Origin: Candidatus Hodarchaeota archaeon
GTDB taxonomy: Archaea; Asgardarchaeota; Heimdallarchaeia; Hodarchaeales; Hodarchaeaceae
Assembly: GCA_029856365.1 (NCBI GenBank)
Contig: JAHQWW010000112.1
Location: forward strand, 1 to 12,419
DNA: 12,419 bases
Direction: 5' to 3'
The notes under the pieces: model-generated
What the model was told of the DNA's origin: nothing
Database searches by the model: none
Seen by the model: only the letters and a program-made list of their open reading frames with translations
Program-made: the position numbers and the translations under genes
Shown here: positions 6,400-12,419 of the stretch, piece after piece
Layout: each line of letters begins with the position of its first letter
Numbering within the stretch: the stretch's first letter is position 1

Positions 6400-8471
6400 T
6401 GGCTCATTCTCGAGGCCGTGGGCCCCACGGGTTCTTTGTAGACACAAAACATAAGAAAACAAGATCCACTAAACAATTGCTTAAAATGTTGTGGGGATAT
6501 TTAACTCCTTTTAAGGGGCTTCTTCTTCTTTCAGCACTCTTAATATTTGCCTATGCTATTGGATCCATCATCTCTCCACTAATAATAAGCGAAGGCCTAG
6601 ATGCAGCTGTAGCAACAGTAAGACCTGATATAGATTTTCTTCTTCTTCTATTCGTCGTTTTCTTAGTTCTTTCACTCGCAATCTGGTTCTTTAATGCGTT
6701 AAACACTTATATTCTTGCACGACTACAAGCCAATATGCTACATAATGTCCGAACTGATGTTTTTGATCGTTTGGTTTTTACTGATATGTCATTCCACAAA
6801 CAAGAACAAAGTGGGAACGTAACTAGTCGTGTGACCAGTGATACTCAAGAACTTGCTGTTGGGGTTACTGTAGTTACTAATGCGAGTTCTCAGCTCCTCT
6901 TGACTTTTGGTACCTTCTTTCTTCTTTTAGCTACTAGTTGGATAATAACTGGAATTGCATTGCTCGCAATACCTGTGGCAGCGATTTTAGCTAGTATTCT
7001 TGGTACACTTGGACGAAAAATCATGTATCGTGTCCGAAAATCATATGGAGAAGTGTCAGGCCAAATGGCGGAAAGTCTTGCTGGAGTTTCAATTGCTAAG
7101 TCGTTCAATCGTGAGGAATGGTCTTCTTCCGTTCTTTATAAGCTTAACCAAAAGACTTACCAATATTTCAAGCAAATGGGTGCCATCTTTAACTTTATGT
7201 TCCCTGCTATATCAATGGTTTCTATGATCCTAGTTGCATTGACACTTATTGTCGGTGGATGGTTACCGGAATCTACGATCACTCTTGGATCAATTTATCT
7301 TGGTACAATCCTAGTCCAACGATTTTTAAGCCCCATACTTCATATTGCAATGTATTACCCTCAACTTCAGTCATCATTAGCCGCAATGGATAGGGTAGCG
7401 GACGTTCTAGAGCAAAAACCACAAGTAATAGACTCTTTAAATGCGAAATCCCTCACATTACATGATACAAGTGTTACTCTTGATAATGTCTCCTATGAAT
7501 ATGTGAAAGGAACTCCTGTTCTTCAAGCTGTAACTCTCAAGGTTGAGGAAGGAGAAAAGATAGCAATTGTCGGTCATACTGGGGCAGGAAAGACAACATT
7601 GGCAGCTCTTCTCACTCGTTTTTATGATCCAAGAGAGGGACGAATCTTAATAGGAAATCAAGACTTGCGTGACATAAAACTGGAAAGCTTGCATACCTCT
7701 ATTGGATTAATTCCCCAAGAACCGTACCTGTTTGCAGATAGTGTTCTTGAGAATATTCGTTATGGTAATCCAGAGGTGAGTGATCGCGAAATTGATGAAT
7801 TGTGTAAACTCATCGGAGCCGATGACTTCATCGAAGCATTACCTAACGGATATAAGACAATGCTACAGGAAAGTGGTAAGGGTTTGAGTTCAGGGCAACG
7901 GCAGATGATTACGATCGCACGGACAATGCTTGCCGATCCAAAGATTCTTGTGCTTGATGAAGCCACATCACGTCTTGATGCCTATTCTGAGAGTTTGGTA
8001 CAACACGCACAAAAGGTTTTATTTGAAGGCCGGACAACTTTTGTTATCGCTCACCGATTAACAACCATTCGAGATGTTGATCGTTTAGCTGTTTTTCAGA
8101 AGGGAAAATTAGTCGAGCTTGGCACTCATGAGGAACTTCTTGTCAAAGATGGAGTTTATGCCGAATTATACCATACTTATTATGCACATCAAGGAGTAGA
8201 AGAGTTAGCTGAAGTTTATAAAGCTCCTACACCTGAACCAACTTCTATGTCTGAAGTTATGTCTGCAGGTATGGCGAAAATGATGCAAGGTCATGATATG
8301 AGTCCTGATCACATCCATGCCATGATGAACGAAAGAGGCGTTAGTCCTGAAGAGATGTATAAGATGATGGAGGAAAGAGAGTTTAACCCAGAGGCTATGC
8401 GGAAGATGATGAAGGAAAGAGGCCTTAATCCTGAAGACATGCATGCCAAGATGGGGGAAAAAGGCCATTAA
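6399..8471 (+). CDS. ABC exporter, fused TMD-NBD half transporter, catalytic subunit (TM288-like) with Met/His-rich C-terminal repeat tail
   Basis: Walker A GHTGAGKTT, IPQE, degenerate signature LSSGQRQM, Walker B VLDE, IAHR. TAATG stop/start overlap and GGAGG SD indicate translational coupling. Confidence 0.95.
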   Translation: MAHSRGRGPHGFFVDTKHKKTRSTKQLLKMLWGYLTPFKGLLLLSALLIFAYAIGSIISPLIISEGLDAAVATVRPDIDFLLLLFVVFLVLSLAIWFFNALNTYILARLQANMLHNVRTDVFDRLVFTDMSFHKQEQSGNVTSRVTSDTQELAVGVTVVTNASSQLLLTFGTFFLLLATSWIITGIALLAIPVAAILASILGTLGRKIMYRVRKSYGEVSGQMAESLAGVSIAKSFNREEWSSSVLYKLNQKTYQYFKQMGAIFNFMFPAISMVSMILVALTLIVGGWLPESTITLGSIYLGTILVQRFLSPILHIAMYYPQLQSSLAAMDRVADVLEQKPQVIDSLNAKSLTLHDTSVTLDNVSYEYVKGTPVLQAVTLKVEEGEKIAIVGHTGAGKTTLAALLTRFYDPREGRILIGNQDLRDIKLESLHTSIGLIPQEPYLFADSVLENIRYGNPEVSDREIDELCKLIGADDFIEALPNGYKTMLQESGKGLSSGQRQMITIARTMLADPKILVLDEATSRLDAYSESLVQHAQKVLFEGRTTFVIAHRLTTIRDVDRLAVFQKGKLVELGTHEELLVKDGVYAELYHTYYAHQGVEELAEVYKAPTPEPTSMSEVMSAGMAKMMQGHDMSPDHIHAMMNERGVSPEEMYKMMEEREFNPEAMRKMMKERGLNPEDMHAKMGEKGH
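8250..8459 (+). repeat. In-frame 42-nt (14-aa) degenerate tandem repeat, 4 clear copies plus 1 degenerate copy
   Basis: SEVMSAGMAKMMQG (8250, degenerate), HDMSPDHIHAMMNE (8292), RGVSPEEMYKMMEE (8334), REFNPEAMRKMMKE (8376), RGLNPEDMHAKMGE (8418), then KGH-stop. Confidence 0.9.
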
Positions 8472-8492
8472 ATGATACTTAATTGTCTCTCA

Positions 8493-8506
8493 TTCTTTCC
8501 TTTTTT
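8493..8506 (+). terminator. Pyrimidine/oligo-T tract, candidate archaeal-type terminator of the ABC operon
   Basis: TTCTTTCCTTTTTT about 20-35 nt after the stop at 8471. Confidence 0.4.
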
Positions 8507-8598
8507 GTCATAAAGGGACATAATCTGCTTTAAATTACTCTCTTTTCTGAAGATTTGTTTTTTTACATCTAGAATATTGATAATAAAGACAGATAAGT

Positions 8599-8626
8599 GG
8601 ATAAACTAAGAGAGTTTAGTTTATTA
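8599..8626. repeat. Inverted repeat with 6-nt spacer (dif/tyrosine-recombinase-site-like, or operator)
   Basis: ggATAAACTAA-gagagt-TTAGTTTATta: perfect 9-bp arms (8601-8609, 8616-8624) with a TAA-N6-TTA core. The repeat is seen directly; its function is inferred. Confidence 0.45.
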
Positions 8627-8724
8627 ATACGATTTATTTCTTAAGTAATCATAAGAAAAGGTAATTAGGAAGAAAAGCATCATTTTTTTATTCTCATAAC
8701 TTTAAAATAACGGAAACGATATAG

Positions 8725-10257
8725 ATGGCTAAAAATCATTCCACTAGTCTTAATCTTGGTTTTGAAGAAAAATTGTGGAAAGCTGCCGATAAATTACGAA
8801 GTAACTTAGACGCATCAGAGTACCGATCAGTGGTACTGGGATTAATCTTTTTGAAATACATTTCTGACACGTTCAAAGAAGATAATGATAGCTATACTAA
8901 TTCAAGTGTGAGTTCAATTGATTTCGAAGATATTGATGAATATAGTAACAAAAAAGGTTTTTCAGTGCCACTTACAGCTCGTTGGGACTATATAGAAAAA
9001 AATGTTAAGAAGTCAGAAATAGGTCAACTCATCGATCTAGCAATGGAATCAATTGAACAAGACAATCCCTCATTGAGAGGAGTACTCCCCAAGAATTATT
9101 CACGTGAAGCATTAGAAAAAGGATGTTTAAGTGATCTAATAGCTCTAATCGGGACAATTGGATTAGTAGATGAGGAGAATATAAGCAAAGATATCTTAGG
9201 TAGAGTGTTTGAATATTTTCTCGGTCAATTTGCGGAATTGGAAGGTAAGAAAGGTGGCCAGTTCTATACTCCTCCAAGTGTAGTGAGACTCCTCGTTGAG
9301 ATGACCAAACCTTTCAAGGGGCAAGTGTTCGATCCATGTTGTGGATCTGGAGGAATGTTTGTGCAAAGCGAGAAGTTTATCGAGTTACATGGCGGGAAAA
9401 ATTCTGATATCTTGATATATGGCCAGGAATCCAATCGAACCACATGGGGATTATGTAAGATGAATCTCGCAATTCGTGGAATCATTGGTAATATCAGATG
9501 GGGAGATAGTTTTTCTAATGATTTGCATGAAAACCTTGAAGCTGATTTTATTCTTGCAAATCCCCCCTTTAATGCGAAAGACTGGAAAGGAGACCAGCTT
9601 CTTCAAGATGAACGGTGGAAATATGGCATTCCACCAGCTAGAAATGCTAATTTTGCCTGGGTTCAACACTTCATACATCATTTATCTCCAATAGGAATTG
9701 CTGGTTTTATTCTAACTAATGGATCTTTGAGTTCTAAAACATCGAATGTGGGAAATATTCGAAAAAACATTTTAGAAGCTGATTTGATTGATTGTATCGT
9801 GACTTTACCAGACAAACTCTTTTACAACACAGGTATTCCTGCTTGTTTATGGATCATTAATCGAAATAAAAAAAATGGTAAGTTCAAAGATCGAAGAAAT
9901 GAGGTTCTTTTCATTGATGCCCGATGTCTAGGTGTGTTAGTTGATAGAGCACATAGAGAACTTACTAGAAATGATATCCAACGAATTTCTGAAACATACG
10001 ATAATTGGAAAACTGGGAATGGTGAGTATAAAAATATTCTTGGTTTTTGCAAATCAGTTAATATGACCCAAATTCGTGATCATAATTTCATTCTTACCCC
10101 TGCTCGTTATGTAGGAGTACCCAAGGCTGTTGAAGAGGAGTCTTTCACTGGAAAAATGGATCGTTTGACATCAGAACTAGCAGAACAGTTTAAGCAAGCA
10201 GAAGAATTGACAAAATCAATACGGAATAATCTTGGTGATTTAGGGTATGACCTCTAA
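8725..10257 (+). CDS. hsdM: Type I restriction-modification methyltransferase subunit M (N6-adenine)
   Basis: N-terminal 'LWKAADKLR...EY..VVLGLIFLKYISD', GQFYTP, motif I FDPCCGSGGM, motif IV NPPF, and 'LFYNTGIPACLW'. Confidence 0.97.
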   Translation: MAKNHSTSLNLGFEEKLWKAADKLRSNLDASEYRSVVLGLIFLKYISDTFKEDNDSYTNSSVSSIDFEDIDEYSNKKGFSVPLTARWDYIEKNVKKSEIGQLIDLAMESIEQDNPSLRGVLPKNYSREALEKGCLSDLIALIGTIGLVDEENISKDILGRVFEYFLGQFAELEGKKGGQFYTPPSVVRLLVEMTKPFKGQVFDPCCGSGGMFVQSEKFIELHGGKNSDILIYGQESNRTTWGLCKMNLAIRGIIGNIRWGDSFSNDLHENLEADFILANPPFNAKDWKGDQLLQDERWKYGIPPARNANFAWVQHFIHHLSPIGIAGFILTNGSLSSKTSNVGNIRKNILEADLIDCIVTLPDKLFYNTGIPACLWIINRNKKNGKFKDRRNEVLFIDARCLGVLVDRAHRELTRNDIQRISETYDNWKTGNGEYKNILGFCKSVNMTQIRDHNFILTPARYVGVPKAVEEESFTGKMDRLTSELAEQFKQAEELTKSIRNNLGDLGYDL

Positions 10258-11575
10258 GGTGAATTCTCAACTCCAGCAAACTGAAATTGGAGCTATCCCC
10301 ATTGATTGGAAAGTAAAGAAAATTAAAGAAGTTGCTAAGATTAACGAGCTGAATGTGGATAGCTCATCCGATTATAAAAAAATGGACTATATTGATATTT
10401 CTTCTATTAAGGAAGGAAGAGTTGTAGAAATTAAGAAAATATTAATTGATCAAGCTCCTACTAGAGCGAAGAGAATTGTTCGAGACAATGATATTCTTAT
10501 TTCTACAGTTAGACCTAATTTAAGACATTATGCATTCATTGCAAAAGGCTCTGACCGTTTAATAGCTTCTACTGGATTTGCAGTAATTACTGCAAAGGGT
10601 GTTAATCCTCAGTATCTATATTATTATGTAACTAGTGAGGATTATATTAAATATCTTGCTGCAATTGCTGATACACATACATCCACATATCCAGCTTTCA
10701 CCCCTGACATTATTGAAACGTCGCTTATGCCATTTCCAAGTCTAGCTGAACAAGAGAAAATTGGTAAAGCTCTTTTTGAATTAGATGCTAAAATAGAGCT
10801 CAATATCAGGACGAATCACACCCTTGAAGCAATAGGACGAGAATTTTTAAAACATTGGTTCGTAGATTTTGAATTTCCGAATGATATTGATGCCCCATAT
10901 AAGACTAGCGGTGGAGAGATGGTTTATTCAGAAAAAGTTGGAAAAGAAATCCCCAAAGGGTGGAGATTAGGTTCTATTGGTGATATTGTTTATGTTCAAG
11001 CAGGATTTGCATTTAAGAGTAATGAGTTGTTAGAGAATGGAAATATGGGGGTAGTGAAAATAAAAAATATTTCAAATAATGTTGTTGATATTAAGGACAC
11101 TCAGTATGTTTCAAGAGAAACTATCGCAAAATTGGACAGAAGATTCTTAATTGAGCCTGGTTCAGTTCTTATCGCAATGACTGGGAGTAAAGTGGGAAAA
11201 CTCGGTATTGTACCAAGAACAGATAGAAAATTGTGGTTAAATCAACGTGTGGGCATCTTCAGGGAGAAAATAGATAAAGGACTCTATTTAATATATTTAA
11301 TATTGACATCAAATAAATATCAAAGGATTTTAAAGGACCGAGCTTTTGGTACTGTGCAACCGAACATTAGTTGCTCAGATATTGAATCAATAGAGCTAGT
11401 TCTCCCACCTAAGGAAAATATTGCGAAATTTGGCCTTCTTTTTGAGTCATTCTTTCAAAGAATAATCGGAAATCTATATGAAAACGAAAAACTCTCTGAA
11501 TTAAGGGAAAATCTACTCCCAAAATTAATATCAGGTGAACTACGACTCAATCAATTTCAGAAGGCAATTTTTTAA
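10247..11575 (+). CDS. hsdS: Type I restriction-modification specificity subunit S
   Basis: Two TRDs opened by 'IGAIPIDW' and 'EIPKGW', central conserved 'EQEKI...LDAKIELN...TLE...HWFVDFEFP' and C-terminal 'LRENLLPKLISGELR'. Overlaps hsdM by 11 nt. Confidence 0.96.
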   Translation: MTSKVNSQLQQTEIGAIPIDWKVKKIKEVAKINELNVDSSSDYKKMDYIDISSIKEGRVVEIKKILIDQAPTRAKRIVRDNDILISTVRPNLRHYAFIAKGSDRLIASTGFAVITAKGVNPQYLYYYVTSEDYIKYLAAIADTHTSTYPAFTPDIIETSLMPFPSLAEQEKIGKALFELDAKIELNIRTNHTLEAIGREFLKHWFVDFEFPNDIDAPYKTSGGEMVYSEKVGKEIPKGWRLGSIGDIVYVQAGFAFKSNELLENGNMGVVKIKNISNNVVDIKDTQYVSRETIAKLDRRFLIEPGSVLIAMTGSKVGKLGIVPRTDRKLWLNQRVGIFREKIDKGLYLIYLILTSNKYQRILKDRAFGTVQPNISCSDIESIELVLPPKENIAKFGLLFESFFQRIIGNLYENEKLSELRENLLPKLISGELRLNQFQKAIF

Positions 11576-11628
11576 TGTCTTTTTTGAAATGTAAAGGTAA
11601 CTTTAGAGGACAATAATAAGGGATAATC

Positions 11629-12264
11629 TTGTTTGATTACACACTAATTGGGTTATTCTTTGCGATCAACCTCACTATTTATCTTACAATAAGTCTACCT
11701 TTAGATTTTGTTACATATTTTAGAAAAAATCCTAAAAGTAAAAGAGATAATACTCAACGACTTGAAACCAATCCTATGATGATGATTACCTTTTTTGTTT
11801 CTGGATACATGTGGTTAATATTTTTTTATGTCCCTATTGATGCTTTAATTGGCTTTAGTATATTCACGTATCAACCTTTATCAACTTCTGACATCTTGAA
11901 TACTTTAATCCAATCTTTGGGACTAGTAACAGTATTTTTTGGCACTTTAATAGCCTCTTGGGGCCGTATATCTCGTGGAAGACGCGCCTTTTCTTGGGGA
12001 ATTCCCCACAAACTAGAGAAGGAGGGAATGTATCGTTATATTCGCCATCCTCTATATGCTTCTTACTGTTTCTTTTTTCTAGGCTTTTTATTGATACTTC
12101 AGAATATTCTGATAATTCCTCTTCTAATTGGGATATTTGGTTATTATGAACTTTCTAAATACGAAGAAGCAATTCTGATTGATCATTTTGGGGAAGAATA
12201 TACTTATTATCAAGAAAAAGTTGGACGTTTTTTCCCTCGGTTGGGAAGAAGGAAAGGTAAATAA
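11629..12264 (+). CDS. Isoprenylcysteine carboxyl methyltransferase (ICMT/Ste14/PEMT) family integral membrane methyltransferase
   Basis: Hydrophobic helices plus 'HKL...GMYRYIRHPLY' and 'EE..L...FGEEY..YQEKVGRFFP' SAM-binding motifs. TTG start is uncertain. Confidence 0.9.
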   Translation: MFDYTLIGLFFAINLTIYLTISLPLDFVTYFRKNPKSKRDNTQRLETNPMMMITFFVSGYMWLIFFYVPIDALIGFSIFTYQPLSTSDILNTLIQSLGLVTVFFGTLIASWGRISRGRRAFSWGIPHKLEKEGMYRYIRHPLYASYCFFFLGFLLILQNILIIPLLIGIFGYYELSKYEEAILIDHFGEEYTYYQEKVGRFFPRLGRRKGK

Positions 12265-12279
12265 GCTGGGGAATTGAGA

Positions 12280-12417
12280 TTACATGTCGCGCAGGCTAGG
12301 GGAGAAAAATGCTTTAGGCCACCCACAATATTCGTTTATCTTTGTGTCAATATCTTCCATCAATATAATTGTTTCTTGAATTGCTTTAACTATTTTTCCG
12401 AAGAAGTGAACATCTTT
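12280..12417 (-). CDS. Partial CDS (C-terminal 45 aa; gene runs in from beyond the window), probable type ISP restriction-modification enzyme / N6 DNA methylase
   Basis: Manual translation gives KDVHFFGKIVKAIQETIILMEDIDTKINEYCGWPKAFFSPSLRDM*, stop at 12282-12280. It resembles the C-terminal pattern 'DI.HY.KIV.AL.ETI.LM.EID..I...GGWP.AF' that I recall for type ISP-like proteins. The other two minus frames stop within 11 codons. Confidence 0.7.
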   Translation of the reverse strand, partial: KDVHFFGKIVKAIQETIILMEDIDTKINEYCGWPKAFFSPSLRDM

Positions 12418-12419
12418 CT

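Noticed and set aside
6006-7966. Antisense or alternate-frame ORFs inside the ABC genes (6006-6233, 6890-7108, 7000-7227, 7760-7966)
   Set aside because: Typical shadow ORFs of conserved ABC coding sequence.
8292-8459. 42-nt periodicity as a possible CRISPR or non-coding repeat array
   Set aside because: The units are in frame, differ at synonymous positions and have no identical repeat/unique spacer structure. It is a protein repeat.
8205-8468. 87-aa His-rich antisense ORF (HH repeats) that looks like a metal-binding peptide
   Set aside because: It is the mirror of the Met repeats: ATG codons read CAT on the other strand in the same codon register. There is no independent evidence for expression.
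9029-10052. Several 72-82 aa ORFs overlapping hsdM
   Set aside because: They are nested in a highly conserved gene and show no domain signal.
10247-11575. Phase-variable (shufflon-type) hsdS
   Set aside because: No extra TRD cassettes, recombinase gene, long DNA inverted repeats or simple-sequence tract were seen. The two conserved regions are similar mainly at protein level.
11629-12264. MddA methanethiol S-methyltransferase linked to H2S from the desulfhydrase-like enzyme
   Set aside because: Only generic ICMT/PEMT motifs are visible, the QHS.MAR-type motif I recall for MddA is absent, and the two genes are about 8 kb apart in separate units.
11576-12279. Integron cassette (attC) organisation around the ICMT-like gene
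   Set aside because: The 53-bp and 15-bp spacers lack paired RYYYAAC/GTTRRRY boxes and hairpin symmetry.

Overview
An AT-rich prokaryotic window, probably archaeal. The main clue is TATA/BRE-like promoter elements alongside SD motifs and TTG starts; an Asgard/Heimdallarchaeia origin is only an impression. Left part: a CcdA-type thiol-disulfide transporter, then a convergent two-gene unit of a RimJ/RimL-type GNAT acetyltransferase and an uncharacterised 393-aa protein with a PD-(D/E)XK nuclease signature, then a PLP-dependent D-cysteine desulfhydrase-like enzyme. Middle: a PadR regulator divergent from a heterodimeric TM287/TM288-type ABC exporter. Its second subunit ends in an unusual Met/His-rich tail of 14-aa tandem repeats, and the shared promoter region holds two palindromes. 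Right part: a likely defence island starting after an AT-rich spacer with a dif-like 11-6-11 inverted repeat. It carries type I hsdM-hsdS with no adjacent hsdR, an ICMT/PEMT-family membrane methyltransferase, and the convergent 3' end of a probable type ISP restriction-modification gene that the ORF track missed. No RNA genes, CRISPR arrays or transposases were seen.
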